Positions 1 through 10,860 are shown, counted from the first letter of the stretch. The stretch is 64,000 nt of DNA from Candidatus Thorarchaeota archaeon (GCA_046482545.1 JAWOEX010000045.1:20069-84068); one strand, 5' to 3'. Program-made: numbers and translations. Notes: generated by a model from the letters alone, not told the origin.

Positions 1-20
1 TTTAAGAAACACGCCTGAAC

Positions 21-381
21 CTAATTTGATGAGACAATACAAACAATCAGAGAAAAGTGAGTGTGCCATATAGCTGCTATTCTCTCTTTCAAATCTTTCA
101 AGAATTCTTTCGCTGCTTCAAGTTCCAGCCGTATATTTTCACTCCCCCATTTTTCCAGTTGCTTTTCATAGATACTGATTGCTTCTTCCACGCGCTTTTT
201 CGCTGGAGAGGATTTTCCGTCTTTCAACAAGGACCTCAGCAAGGTCGGCCTGCTCAAGCGGGTCTGCTGAGGTTTGTTTCCGGTGATACTGGACTTTGCG
301 CTTCAACAGGTCGACACCCCGTTCCTTTTCCAGCTCCGCAAAGATGATACTTGGAACCAGCTCCTCGATTTTCCTCATCAC
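21..381 (-). pseudogene. Probable frameshifted helical-repeat (TPR-like) protein remnant
   Basis: Two overlapping minus-strand ORFs (166..381, 21..257) join into a TPR-like helix pair (DLAEVLVE / AKKRVEEAISIYEKQLE) if one frameshift is assumed near 220. Confidence 0.3.
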
Positions 382-437
382 GTAGTCGTGGTTGACAAGC
401 TTCTTCCCGTAACCTGACTCTCATCAGAGCAGAGAAA

Positions 438-893
438 TCATACAATATCACTTGGTGTAACAATGATATCCTGCAATCCTGCTTCCTTGAGGAACATCTT
501 GAACTCGTCATCAATGGTGAGAAATGCGCAGTTATTTCTGAGAGAAATTGCATACAGAAGATTGTCAATCATGTCTGTATGTCCCTTCTGATAGAGCCTA
601 AGCGCAAGCATATGGTCTTCAGCACTAGCATGGAGTACTTGGTACATCCCTGTCTTGGTAATACTCAACATACCACGTCTGAATACCTCTTCCTTGTACT
701 TGTCTCTCTTCATTTGCCTGATGGCGAACCAAGTAGTTTCAAGCATACTTGGGTCTGAGTAGAATATTGATTGTTGCTCGAAATCCAGTGAAGATAGCGC
801 CTTTATGACTTGATCTGTGACAGAAATACCAAACGTTGGAAGAAGGAACGATGTATCAAGCAGAATCCTTGGTATACTTCGATTGCTCTTCAC
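438..893 (-). CDS. vapC: PIN-domain ribonuclease toxin (VapC family)
   Basis: N-terminal ILLDTSFL motif, D(M)IDNLLYA and FLTIDD acidic PIN motifs; overlaps the upstream antitoxin. Confidence 0.85.
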   Translation of the reverse strand: MKSNRSIPRILLDTSFLLPTFGISVTDQVIKALSSLDFEQQSIFYSDPSMLETTWFAIRQMKRDKYKEEVFRRGMLSITKTGMYQVLHASAEDHMLALRLYQKGHTDMIDNLLYAISLRNNCAFLTIDDEFKMFLKEAGLQDIIVTPSDIV

Positions 894-1110
894 GGCTTAT
901 GCCCTCCATCTCCTCAAGTGTCATGGTAGCGAATTTCTCTCCCTTAACAGCGAGAGTTACTGGGTCGAGGAGGGGCTCGATGATGATTTGATTTCCCTCG
1001 ACCCTGATGAGGATTTTCATTCCCTCCTCCACCTCGGTCTCTTCGACGACTTCTAGTGGAAGGTAAATTGTGTGTTTCTTTCCGATGCGACTTTCAGTTG
1101 TCAGGCCCAT
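856..1110 (-). CDS. vapB: AbrB/MazE/SpoVT-family antitoxin (VapB)
   Basis: SRIGKKHTIYLPLEV...EGMKILIRVEGNQIIIEP swapped-hairpin pattern; directly upstream of the PIN toxin. Confidence 0.85.
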   Translation of the reverse strand: MGLTTESRIGKKHTIYLPLEVVEETEVEEGMKILIRVEGNQIIIEPLLDPVTLAVKGEKFATMTLEEMEGISREEQSKYTKDSA

Positions 1111-1351
1111 ATTTATTCACCTGAATAAAGTATTCTTACCGGACTATGATATAATATACTGAATATAGATTTAAACTCATGGTAATAAACGATTATCAGC
1201 ACAAGTAGTCTTTGGTTTAACAAACCATGGTTTCCCAAAATCCGTAGAACATACAAGCGAAGTGATTGCTTAAGTTCCATAGACTTAATCTATCGAAAAA
1301 CCAAAACCGACAAGCCTAGAGAATGTAATGATAATTCCGAGCCGACTTGAG

Positions 1352-1467
1352 GTACAGACGAGCGGGGTTAGAGGAACAGGGGTTTACCCAACTGACACTG
1401 TTGAGCACCCTCTATGTTTTGCACAAGATTACAACGCCGAGTTGAAAGATCGTTTGACTACTGACTA
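1352..1467. repeat. ~115-bp conserved structured intergenic repeat, copy 1
   Basis: GTACAGACGAGCGGGGTTAGAG...CTGACACTGTTGAGCACCCTCTA..TTTTGCACAAGATTACAACG also occurs, same orientation, at 12655-12771. Confidence 0.9.
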
Positions 1468-1488
1468 CTGTCAATATTCATGAGAAAT

Positions 1489-2916
1489 TCAGTGTTTCTT
1501 GATTATCTTCCGCATCTCTTTCTCGATATCCTTGTCTAGCGGTTCAACTTCATGTGTTTCTAAGATTTCCTTCACCTTCTCTCTGGCTCTCTGAACCATG
1601 TCCTTCTTGCCTTTGGCTTCCCAATCGGGTCGAGAAGATCGGTCCGTGATTTTGGGGTGCCACTGTTCATTTTGTACATGTTTCATAGTGAATTCCAATC
1701 CTGCATCTGCTGTCAGATGGTTTGTCTCGTGTCCGACTGCTTCTATAACATCAACTGCCAGCGTTTCCTTTGTTACATCCATGCCTTTTGCCACACGCTT
1801 GATTGCTTCACATATGTCATTGCTTATTGCAAATTGCTCGTAGCATGCGGTGACTCCAGCCTCCAAGATTCCATACACTCCATCATGGATAACATCTGCT
1901 CCAGCCAAGGTGGCAATAAGAGCATTCATGGTGTTTTCGTAGGCGGCTTGTGGGTCGGGTGCCTTTGAATCTACAACTCCCGCCGCACCATAATATGGTA
2001 TTCCATAATAATTCGCCATTTGAATGAAGGCGGCATGGATCAACCCATTCTCAGGGCAACCATAGGCTGCAGTGCCGCCTCTTTGGTCCAGGATTGTACT
2101 GCATGAACCCCACATAATAGGTGTGCCGGGTCCTTCAAGCTGAGTTAGTACCACGACTGCGTGATTCTCTGCGATTCCCTGAACAACCATGCCAGCTAAT
2201 GTGACTGGCCCGCTTGCACTTGCTAGTGCCCCTGTACTGATATCAAATGGAATTCTATACTTTGCACATTCAAGTATCATTTCAATAATGTCGTGTGAGT
2301 ACTTCAAAGGTGGAACGTTGTTGAATCCAGTGTCAATGATGGATGGATGCTTGATGAACTCTTCTTCCCCTCCGGCTAGAATTTTCGCCATCTCTATGAC
2401 ATCTCTGAATCCTTCCGGAGTCAAAGCTAGAACACTACAGTGTTTTTCGGTATTTTTGAACATAGAAAGGGCCATCTCTTGTTGCAGTACATCCTGGGAG
2501 AGATCTTGAGGCATAATATTCGGCTTGACGTAATCAACAGTGGGGAAATAATCTGAAAGAAGAGTAAATTCATCGAGGTCATCTAGCGTTGCAAGCCTAC
2601 GTTCTTGCGTTTCGAGATCTATGACATAGTGTGCCCCAAATGCATTTGTGAAATATGAGTTGCCATCACCAATCAGGATGTTGTGTTCCGGATTCCTAGC
2701 TCTGAGCAAGTCTCTGCTTGGCGTCCTTGTCAAAGCTTCACGGACAAGATACTCAGGAATCTTGGCGAGCTTTTTCTTTTCATCAACTATTGCACCGGCA
2801 TCTTTGAGAATTTTGAGTGCTCGATCGTGTTGAATTCTAACTCCAACTCTTTCAAGAACTTCCATCGCCGCCACATGTATGTCATATACTTCTTCTTCAG
2901 TTAACAAGCTGAACAT
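1489..2916 (-). CDS. mttB: Trimethylamine methyltransferase (MttB) superfamily protein, non-pyrrolysine
   Basis: LLTEEEVYDIH..AMEVLERVG N-terminus, GPVTLAG, AAYGCPE, DSKAPDPQAAYE motifs; no in-frame TAG. Confidence 0.9.
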   Translation of the reverse strand: MFSLLTEEEVYDIHVAAMEVLERVGVRIQHDRALKILKDAGAIVDEKKKLAKIPEYLVREALTRTPSRDLLRARNPEHNILIGDGNSYFTNAFGAHYVIDLETQERRLATLDDLDEFTLLSDYFPTVDYVKPNIMPQDLSQDVLQQEMALSMFKNTEKHCSVLALTPEGFRDVIEMAKILAGGEEEFIKHPSIIDTGFNNVPPLKYSHDIIEMILECAKYRIPFDISTGALASASGPVTLAGMVVQGIAENHAVVVLTQLEGPGTPIMWGSCSTILDQRGGTAAYGCPENGLIHAAFIQMANYYGIPYYGAAGVVDSKAPDPQAAYENTMNALIATLAGADVIHDGVYGILEAGVTACYEQFAISNDICEAIKRVAKGMDVTKETLAVDVIEAVGHETNHLTADAGLEFTMKHVQNEQWHPKITDRSSRPDWEAKGKKDMVQRAREKVKEILETHEVEPLDKDIEKEMRKIIKKH

Positions 2917-2979
2917 CAGTTTTTCACCTCTATCAAACGGAGGACACTATAATTGCAGTTCGCATCACGCGAGAACAAG

Positions 2980-3633
2980 CTAGGCCCCCTCTTTGCCAAT
3001 CAATTTCTTTGCAAGAGCTGCAGCAGTAACCGCATCCCCCGCATATCCGTCAGCTCCTATCTCATCTGCCCATTCTTGAGTGGTGGGCGCTCCCCCAATC
3101 ATCACCTTGATATCATCCATTCCAGATTCTCTAAACGCTTTGATGACTTCCCCCTGTTTAGGCATTGATGAAGTGAGTAATGCCGATAATCCAACAATAT
3201 CTGCATCGTGCTCCTTTGCTTTTTCAATAAATGTATCGGCCGGTATATCTTCACCCAGATTGAGGACCTCGAAGCCATTAGCTTCAAGTAACGTTCCCAC
3301 AATGTCCTTTCCAATGCTGTGGATGTCCCCCTCTACTGTACCAATAATTACTGTTCCCGCAGTTTCCATTTCTCTTCCTGAGGCCTTCACTTCCGGGAGT
3401 AGGACTGACATACCAGTTTTCATAGCTTTCCCTGAGGTTATCAGTTCGACAAGGAATACCTCACCCTTACCAAACTTATCTCCCACTTCTTTTACCCCTT
3501 TTGCCAATCCTTCAACAATGGCATCAAGGGGAGGAACACCACTCTTTAGTGCTTTCCGAGCCGCAGCTTCTGCTTTGTCTGAACTACCTTCAACAACTGA
3601 TTTTCTTAGTTCTTCAATTATTTCTGACGACAT
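2980..3633 (-). CDS. Cognate corrinoid (B12-binding) protein, MttC/MtbC-like
   Basis: GTVEGDIHSIGK (DxHxxG), SALLT, VMIGGAP motifs; adjacent to mttB. Confidence 0.92.
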   Translation of the reverse strand: MSSEIIEELRKSVVEGSSDKAEAAARKALKSGVPPLDAIVEGLAKGVKEVGDKFGKGEVFLVELITSGKAMKTGMSVLLPEVKASGREMETAGTVIIGTVEGDIHSIGKDIVGTLLEANGFEVLNLGEDIPADTFIEKAKEHDADIVGLSALLTSSMPKQGEVIKAFRESGMDDIKVMIGGAPTTQEWADEIGADGYAGDAVTAAALAKKLIGKEGA

Positions 3634-4083
3634 TTTTGAGCACTTCTCGTTTCGCTTTCTGTTTCAGTCTGTACAACGCCTTATTCCGTACTGTTTTCGA
3701 AAACCGGAAAGATTATTCAACCACTCAAATCCTCAAGAGCCTGAAGATAAGAACCTAGACGATGAGATTGTATGTACACAGTACTGAATCAGCCCAATTG
3801 CGATTTCTCTCATCATTCCACATTCCTATTTCGGAGTTCGACCAATTACTCTTTAGAAGTGGATGGCAATGCTTTCTTATATTTTTAATCCAAAGCTAAA
3901 TTCCTTTCGGACACTCACTCTTAAGCTTCTTATGTTTCTATTATGGCTACGAATTGAAGTGCAGCTAGTATTTGCCACGTCAATACTGATGTTTCGAGTG
4001 GGACAATCCGAACTTAGATTATGCGTAGAAATCGGTAGTTGCATGCTTGTTTTTATACCCTTTCTACTCCCGGTTGGAAGTTG

Positions 4084-4115
4084 AAGAAAAAGAAAGGTGG
4101 GGGGCCAAGCCCCCC
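4084..4115 (-). terminator. Hairpin plus U-tract terminator after the APC permease
   Basis: Minus strand reads GGGGGGC-TTG-GCCCCCC then ACCTTTCTTTTTCTT, ~25 nt after the stop at 4140. Confidence 0.6.
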
Positions 4116-4139
4116 TGAGAGAACGCGATCTCTGAGCTC

Positions 4140-5753
4140 TTACTCTGGCGGTAATGAGCTATATACTGTCTCGACATCAATATCTTCTTTCTCAAGTTTA
4201 CGACTGAATGCCACAAACCAGAGAGCAGAGAAGCCGTACTGGACACACATCGAAATAATCGATAGGAAGGCCGCCCCTTGGAAGAATCCAATCATAACAA
4301 AGAGCGATACCGGGAGTAAAATGATTCCCAATAGCGAGACAACCGAATATCCAGCTATTTCCGGTTGCTCTCGTATGCTTCCTTTATACAGTGGTTTCTT
4401 AAGGTATGGAAGCCCTAAGGCTGCAATTGATTGAAAGATCATTTCAATGCCGTAGAGTCCAGTAAGCGATGTGACAACATTGATGAAGTTTCCGTAACCG
4501 GCTGCTAACACAAATGCGAAGGGTAATCCGAAGAAGAAGTAGTAGGCAATTGCGTATTTCGGCGTATGGAATCTAGATAGCTTAGCAAAGAACTCAGGCA
4601 TCATTCTATCTAGGGACGCTTGGAAGAATCCTCGCGTAACCCAAGCCATATTCATTGGCGTTGCCGTAAGACCCACCACAACTGGCGACAGGAGAATCCA
4701 TCCTGATATGATGGGATTGGATGCCAATACGGCTGTAAAAGTACCTAGTCCTGTCTGGAAATACGCCGGTTGCGTGAGATTCCCTGTTTGTGCGGCAACC
4801 GTATATGCGGTCGAAAAGCTCCCAAATGTGGATTGGAAGAGCGCCGCAGCGGAGCTTAGCAGAACAGCCAAAATCCCTCCCCCAAGTACCTGTGTGAGTA
4901 CTAAGTTCTTTGCTGGGTCTGATATTTCACCTCCATAATGGAGGATTAGGTACGGCCAGACCAATCCGATGGGCCACACAGTTGCCATGAGAGTCATCTG
5001 CAGGTTGAAACTGGCAGCAGAGAAACCAGCCGTAGAAGCCACATTCACAACTTCCTGATACGCTCCACTACCCCAAACTGCGTTCCATTGACCGGGAACA
5101 GCAGATGCAGGAGTTAGTAACAGAACAAAAATAGCCATTACCCATCCAATTGTTGAGAACACCCCTCCGGCCATCTGGACAATTGGTTCCACTTTAAATA
5201 GTGGACCCAGATAGGCTACTAGGGAGAAGAGAGCCATTAGGAATATTGAAACACCAGCTAGTACCCAAGGGCTCTGATTGGAAAATGTAACACCCAGTGA
5301 AGTCAAGGTGGTGTTGTTTGTTACTCTACCCCAGTTCGCAAATGCTGAACCTAGGAAAACCAAAAAGAGGTAAAACTCACTCATCTTGATGATTGGATTG
5401 GCAATGATCCCACGCCAAACAGCAAGGATGCCAACAATGGGATTGACACCTCTTGCAGAAATCTGGTAAATTCCTGCAGAGCGTGGCATAGCCAATGATA
5501 GCAGGGTTATCATGACTGTATAAATGAGCATGAAACCCATGCCTATACTCCAAGTCATACCCGCGTTGATTCCCGGGTACATATCTTGAAGAGTGCCAAC
5601 AAAGAGCCATTGGAACGTTCCCAAGCTGGCTCCTATCAATGCGAAGAGTGCAGTCCATGTACCAAAGTATTTGGTTAATCCTGAGGTTGGTCGCAAGAAT
5701 AAAATCTTGGAAGAAGACGAGCTTTCCATTTTAATATCCTCAGTACGGTTCAT
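4140..5753 (-). CDS. APC-superfamily amino acid/amine permease
   Basis: About 12 hydrophobic segments; LFLRPTSGL, AMPRSAGIY, GGEI, LDRMMPEFF, C-terminal LPPE. Confidence 0.85.
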   Translation of the reverse strand: MNRTEDIKMESSSSSKILFLRPTSGLTKYFGTWTALFALIGASLGTFQWLFVGTLQDMYPGINAGMTWSIGMGFMLIYTVMITLLSLAMPRSAGIYQISARGVNPIVGILAVWRGIIANPIIKMSEFYLFLVFLGSAFANWGRVTNNTTLTSLGVTFSNQSPWVLAGVSIFLMALFSLVAYLGPLFKVEPIVQMAGGVFSTIGWVMAIFVLLLTPASAVPGQWNAVWGSGAYQEVVNVASTAGFSAASFNLQMTLMATVWPIGLVWPYLILHYGGEISDPAKNLVLTQVLGGGILAVLLSSAAALFQSTFGSFSTAYTVAAQTGNLTQPAYFQTGLGTFTAVLASNPIISGWILLSPVVVGLTATPMNMAWVTRGFFQASLDRMMPEFFAKLSRFHTPKYAIAYYFFFGLPFAFVLAAGYGNFINVVTSLTGLYGIEMIFQSIAALGLPYLKKPLYKGSIREQPEIAGYSVVSLLGIILLPVSLFVMIGFFQGAAFLSIISMCVQYGFSALWFVAFSRKLEKEDIDVETVYSSLPPE

Positions 5754-5862
5754 TATAACGCCTTCGCGTTATTTAAATGCACCGAGTTATCTTAAAGGAT
5801 ATTAAATTTAGATATGCCTTTCCTCGCAATAGAAGCGCATCTGGAGTAAATTGACGGCTGAA

Positions 5863-6546
5863 TTAAGTCAACTTCACAAGATAGTGCTTTCGCCAAGGTT
5901 TCGGTTCTTTAACAACCTCAATATGATTATAGTCAAGGAGACCAACCCCGACTAGATGATCTTCAGGATTTTCGTCTTTGTGACTAATATATTGACGCAA
6001 TTGTTCAATTAACAATTGCACAGCTTTTCTTACTTCCTTCTCACGGGCCTTATTGACTTCCGGATTCTCCTCGAAGAAGTTGTTTATGCGTTTTGAAATC
6101 ATCCCGCCTATTATGTAGCGCGCTCCGACCCCAATAAGAATCGCGGCGAAAGTTGTAATCATGACATAGGGTGCTATAGCACCAACGAATGGAATATCAG
6201 GAAAGAATAGGCCCACAAACAACATTATGAAGAGTATAGGAACAGGTATCTGCCATAATGCTTCTGTATAGGTTTGGATAGTAGCCAGCCTAACCAAACC
6301 GGGAATCGATGAGGTCACTCTGGCCATCTTCACCATTTTTCTTCGAAGCGGTTTCCAGATTTCTGCAAACTTCCTTCCCAGTGTCCGATTCTCGACCATC
6401 TTATCGATATGAGTTAGTTCGTAGAATGCATGCTGTCTATACCCATCAATGGCATAGATGGCTTTCCGGATATCATCTGGATCAAGTCTATCCATTCGGC
6501 GGTCTATTGCAGCACTATGCTTTTTTTCCCTGCTACGCTTTCTCAT
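5863..6546 (-). CDS. Hypothetical membrane protein (2 TM)
   Basis: 227-aa ORF with two hydrophobic segments, co-oriented with its neighbours. Confidence 0.6.
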   Translation of the reverse strand: MRKRSREKKHSAAIDRRMDRLDPDDIRKAIYAIDGYRQHAFYELTHIDKMVENRTLGRKFAEIWKPLRRKMVKMARVTSSIPGLVRLATIQTYTEALWQIPVPILFIMLFVGLFFPDIPFVGAIAPYVMITTFAAILIGVGARYIIGGMISKRINNFFEENPEVNKAREKEVRKAVQLLIEQLRQYISHKDENPEDHLVGVGLLDYNHIEVVKEPKPWRKHYLVKLT

Positions 6547-6571
6547 TGATTCTTCCCACAGATAAACTACG

Positions 6572-7525
6572 TTAGGCGGATACGTTTAGAGTTCTAACTT
6601 TCTCATCAGGTTTTTCTGGTAGATCTACAACGAAAGCGTTGAGCATACCTTGTATATAGATCGAACCCGGATTGAGACAAAGCGTTTTCCCGATGTATTC
6701 GGTTCCAGCCGACTCGTGGATGTGCCCATGAAGCCCAAGTAGAGGTTGATATTCCTCAATGGTTTCGCGGACACTTTTGCTTCCGACGCTTTCCATAGGT
6801 GGTCGACCAAAACGAACTTTGACTTGGAGATTCTCATCCAGTTTGGGCGCTCGGTCAACCCTAGTTCCATATGGTGGGGCATGAAAATTACAGATTAGGT
6901 TCTCGTGATTACTAACTCGGTTGAACTCCTTTTCAAGTCTATCCCTTAGCTCATCTTCTGGGCATTCTCGAGGCGTATTTTTCCAAGGCGTAGTGTTAAC
7001 CCATGCACAGCTAATCATGGGATGATTCTCGTCTATTTCAATTGCCTTGTGAATCGGATAGATTGCTTTATCGCTTGCCTTTATCAATTCATCAATTGAA
7101 GCGTCATCATCATTGCCTGGAGAGACTATTGTTTTCACATCATCCGGTACTTCTTCTTCTATTACCTCTAACCACCATTTCATCCTTTCTAGCATGAGCT
7201 CTTCAAACAGCTTCTCAACCCGTTCTTCATCAGCCTGTAATTCACTCAGCTCATCTGGAGTGGTCAAAAACCAATAGAATCCTCTCTTCTCGTATTTCTT
7301 CTTCGCTTTGTTCAACGCGTCTTCTGACTTGTATTCTTCTTTATCACCATAGGGTGCTGACCACCATTTGCCTTCTTCCTCTTCAACAATGGGCACGACC
7401 GCTTTCCCAGTAAGGTCGCCACACATCATTACTACATCGCAATTGTACTTCTTATGCACTCTTGCCATTTTTCGGAGAACAGGCACACTACCATGAGCAT
7501 CACAGGAGAAGAAAACGCGAGTCAA
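6572..7525 (-). CDS. Calcineurin-like (Icc-type) metallophosphoesterase
   Basis: DAHG, GDLTGK, PGNDD, HAPP, LHGHIHE, NPGS motifs; likely TTG start at 7525. Confidence 0.88.
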   Translation of the reverse strand: MTRVFFSCDAHGSVPVLRKMARVHKKYNCDVVMMCGDLTGKAVVPIVEEEEGKWWSAPYGDKEEYKSEDALNKAKKKYEKRGFYWFLTTPDELSELQADEERVEKLFEELMLERMKWWLEVIEEEVPDDVKTIVSPGNDDDASIDELIKASDKAIYPIHKAIEIDENHPMISCAWVNTTPWKNTPRECPEDELRDRLEKEFNRVSNHENLICNFHAPPYGTRVDRAPKLDENLQVKVRFGRPPMESVGSKSVRETIEEYQPLLGLHGHIHESAGTEYIGKTLCLNPGSIYIQGMLNAFVVDLPEKPDEKVRTLNVSA

Positions 7526-7614
7526 GGGTAAACCTCGCGCGGATTGTTCGCAACAGATATTTAAGGATTTACTTATTGTCGAAAAAACAGTAACCCAATA
7601 CTGAAGGATTTGCG

Positions 7615-8385
7615 ATGACCACCCGAACAAAACAAGACGATTTCATCGATGAGGGAATGAGATTACTTGAAGAGGCTGAGAAACAAGATATCATTCTGAG
7701 AGTAATGGGTGCTATTGCAATCAGGCATCATTGCCCTGATTTTCGCGAGCTGCACCAAAAAATGGGTAGAGAGATTTCAGACATAGACTATGTTGGCTAT
7801 GAGAAACAGAGCGATGAAATCGAGGATTTTTTCAAGGAACAGGGCTATAAAAGCCGAGTACTATCTTATAGCTATCGGCAGGTTGGCCGGATGATTTTCT
7901 TCGACGAAGCCACGAAGCGCCATGTGGATGTGTTTCTAGATAAGCTAGCTATGTGTCACACCATAGATTTCTCTGATCGGCTTGAAATTGATTATCCCAC
8001 TATTCCTCTCGCAGAAATACTCTTGCAGAAAACCCAGATTATTATGCTCAGCGATAAGGATGTCATAGACACAATGGTAATGTTCAGGGAGCACGATGTT
8101 GGTGCGTCTGATGAAGATATGATAAATATCGATTATATCGCTGGCATTCTGGCCCGAGATTGGGGCTTCTATCATACGGTAACGACAAACCTCCAAAAGG
8201 TTAAGGACTTGCTACCTGACTATTATCTATTGACCGATGAAGATAGGCAAATCATTGCAGACAGAATTGATAGGACTATTACAAGATTCGAAGAAGAGCC
8301 GAAGCGCCTAAAGTGGAAGATTCGTTCCAAGATTGGTACTCGAATGAAATGGTACAAGGACGTGTACTCTGCACCAAAGGAATGA
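7615..8385 (+). CDS. Nucleotidyltransferase-fold hypothetical protein
   Basis: RVMGAIAI...ISDIDY (G..DxD) and later VDVFLD; divergent from the phosphoesterase. Confidence 0.6.
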   Translation: MTTRTKQDDFIDEGMRLLEEAEKQDIILRVMGAIAIRHHCPDFRELHQKMGREISDIDYVGYEKQSDEIEDFFKEQGYKSRVLSYSYRQVGRMIFFDEATKRHVDVFLDKLAMCHTIDFSDRLEIDYPTIPLAEILLQKTQIIMLSDKDVIDTMVMFREHDVGASDEDMINIDYIAGILARDWGFYHTVTTNLQKVKDLLPDYYLLTDEDRQIIADRIDRTITRFEEEPKRLKWKIRSKIGTRMKWYKDVYSAPKE

Positions 8386-8437
8386 CGGACATCCTAACTA
8401 CGGCGAAGCTCTCTCACACAATCACTATTCTCTGACA

Positions 8438-9523
8438 CTAGTCCGGAAAGGTGATTTGTACCTTGATTGACTTTTCCTTTTCTTTATCGAGTGCAGCTGC
8501 GTAAGCATCATTAATTTCTTCTAAGGTATATCTGTGGGTTACTAGCTTCTCCGCATCTATCCTACCTTTGTAAAGCAAATCCATGCCCACTTCGAATTCT
8601 CTCCTATGGCTCCAGTATCCATATCCCCAAGCAGTCGTTACGTTAAGCTCTTTTGTCAGAAGCCCGAAAAGATCCGTTTCAATGGGTTCTACAAATATAC
8701 CGGTTATGACTAGTGTGCCTTGAGGCCTTAGCATGTTTATAGCATCATTAATGACTGTGGTCTTTCCTCCGACAGCTTCAATTACCTTATCTACCCCCTT
8801 GCCTTCTGTCATGTCAAGTATCTTCTCAACCGGATCTTCTTTTCTTGCATTGATTGCCGTCGTTGCCCCCACTTGCTCAGCGGCATCTACCTGAAAATCA
8901 TGAGTTCCCACAGCATATACGTCTCTTGCGCCAGCGGCTTTAGCGGCTTGTACTGCAAATAATCCAATACTCCCAGCCCCTATAATCACCACATCGTCTT
9001 CGTTAGAAACACCAGCTTTCCTGATTGCGTGCTCTGCGACGGCAATACAATCACCGGTCGCAGCCTCCTGCAAAGAGATGTGTTCTGGCACCTTGAAACA
9101 TTTCTCTGCCGGTACGGCACAGTATTCTGCAAAACCGCCCAAGTAGTAGAATCCTATCAATTTGTACTCCTTGCATAAATTGTAACTACCCGTTTGGCAC
9201 CATTTACACACTCCGCACCCAACGATGGGTTCAACTACTATTCTGTCTCCTTTCTCAAATCCCTGTACATCTTCCCCAGTTGCCTCGATTGTCCCGGCAA
9301 ATTCGTGACCTGGAACGTACTTTCCCTCACCAAGCACAGAATGAATTCCGATGGATGTTTTCTCCTTATACAGGTGTAAGTCACTGCCACAAATGCCTGC
9401 AGCTTTCACCTTTACGAGAACCCAGCCGGGTTCCAGAGCGGGAACTTTAAGCGTCTCTATTCTCATGTCTCTGGGTCCATGAAAAACCGCCGCCTTCATT
9501 TTTTCTGGATACATTGGAGTCAA
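8438..9523 (-). CDS. Zn-dependent alcohol dehydrogenase (sorbitol/threonine DH-like MDR)
   Basis: GICGSDLH, GHEFAG, CGVCKWC..G..NLC, GAGSIG. Confidence 0.92.
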   Translation of the reverse strand: MTPMYPEKMKAAVFHGPRDMRIETLKVPALEPGWVLVKVKAAGICGSDLHLYKEKTSIGIHSVLGEGKYVPGHEFAGTIEATGEDVQGFEKGDRIVVEPIVGCGVCKWCQTGSYNLCKEYKLIGFYYLGGFAEYCAVPAEKCFKVPEHISLQEAATGDCIAVAEHAIRKAGVSNEDDVVIIGAGSIGLFAVQAAKAAGARDVYAVGTHDFQVDAAEQVGATTAINARKEDPVEKILDMTEGKGVDKVIEAVGGKTTVINDAINMLRPQGTLVITGIFVEPIETDLFGLLTKELNVTTAWGYGYWSHRREFEVGMDLLYKGRIDAEKLVTHRYTLEEINDAYAAALDKEKEKSIKVQITFPD

Positions 9524-9840
9524 CTCAGTTCTATTGATGTTTCTGCTCTACATAAGCATTCTTCTGAATCTTTTGAAATACTGTTCGAATCTATCAACTT
9601 GCTGCCTTGCTTGGCGGTCGTTTGGAGCATTCCTCACATAAGCCACTTGCTGGTTAGTTGTTGGTGGTTGTTCTAAGTGTCTCAGCTGGTATCATCCACA
9701 AGTTCTGGCTATTTCGAAGTCTTAAAATGCTAGAATGAGTAGCTTACGAACGTAACTGTGTTAGACTGGGCCTTAGCGCCCATCAAGGCTTGAATTGGAG
9801 GCCTTGTTTCAATTCCGCAGTGTCAGGTGCTGACTAGACC

Positions 9841-10860
9841 ATGAATTCATCCCCTATTGATCTCATTAAAACAACTATTTCACATGAAGAGCCGGAACGC
9901 GTTCCTGTACTCCCTCTTGTCGGTTTACTTTCTGCCAAGCTTTCAAATGAATCAACATTGGAGCTTCTTAGAAATCCCGATGTACAAGCTAAATCTCTTC
10001 TTCATTCAATGGAGAAGTTTGGCTATGATGGGGTTTTTACCGTAATGGACTTGACTGTGGAGTCTGAAGCACTTGGTGCGGAAATCGAGTACGGTTCGGA
10101 CAGATTTCCTTATGTATCTCGACACCCTCTGAATGATTTGAGTGAAGTTTCGGATTTGAATATTTATTCCTCGGAAGAGAGTAGATTATCAGTTTTCGTA
10201 GGGGTGACGGAACGCCTCAGACAGTCTATTGGCAACACACATTTAGTAAGCAGTTATGTAGTGGGTCCTTTCACATTGGCAGGACAATTGTTCGGTGTTA
10301 GCACGATATTGGAGCGAACAGTCGATGATTCAGACTCCGTGAAGAGATGTATCCACGACTGTACTCGTCTTCTTCAACCGTATATCACCGACTTAATTGA
10401 TGCAGGCGCGCATAATATCGTGATTTTGGAACCAACTGCCAGTAATAACGTGATATCTCCCCAGTATTTCGAAGAATACTGTTCACCATATGTTCGGGAC
10501 ATGATTGAGTCAATACAATCAGCAGGTGCCATCGCTACGCTTCATATTTGTGGAGATACAAATAGAATAATTGGGAATATGTGTGATACCGGAGCTAACG
10601 CACTTAGCATTGATTCTGCTGTGAATCTTGTCCAGGCAAAAAGAGTGGCTCGAAATAAGTCTACTCTGATTGGTAATGTGGACACAACGCTTTTGCTGAG
10701 AGGCACACATCAAGAGGTATTGAATGCGGCCAACGAATGTTTAGAAGCAGCTTCGAAGGGTGGAGGTTTTATTCTTAGCAGTGGTTGTGATTTCCCTATT
10801 GAGACGCCACCAGCGAATCTTGAGGCCCTAGTACAGGCGGCAACCACTCATGTTGCGTAA
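9841..10860 (+). CDS. MtaA/CmuA-family methylcobamide:thiol methyltransferase (URO-D fold)
   Basis: DLTVESEALGA, GPFTLA, LHICG (HxC) and ILSSGCD Zn ligands. Confidence 0.85.
   Translation: MNSSPIDLIKTTISHEEPERVPVLPLVGLLSAKLSNESTLELLRNPDVQAKSLLHSMEKFGYDGVFTVMDLTVESEALGAEIEYGSDRFPYVSRHPLNDLSEVSDLNIYSSEESRLSVFVGVTERLRQSIGNTHLVSSYVVGPFTLAGQLFGVSTILERTVDDSDSVKRCIHDCTRLLQPYITDLIDAGAHNIVILEPTASNNVISPQYFEEYCSPYVRDMIESIQSAGAIATLHICGDTNRIIGNMCDTGANALSIDSAVNLVQAKRVARNKSTLIGNVDTTLLLRGTHQEVLNAANECLEAASKGGGFILSSGCDFPIETPPANLEALVQAATTHVA

Noticed and set aside
1489-2916. Pyrrolysine readthrough in mttB
   Set aside because: Continuous ORF, no in-frame TAG; Val at the equivalent position.
3080-3787. Long antisense ORF over the corrinoid gene (and similar antisense ORFs elsewhere)
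   Set aside because: Ser/Pro-rich mirror of a well-supported opposite-strand gene.
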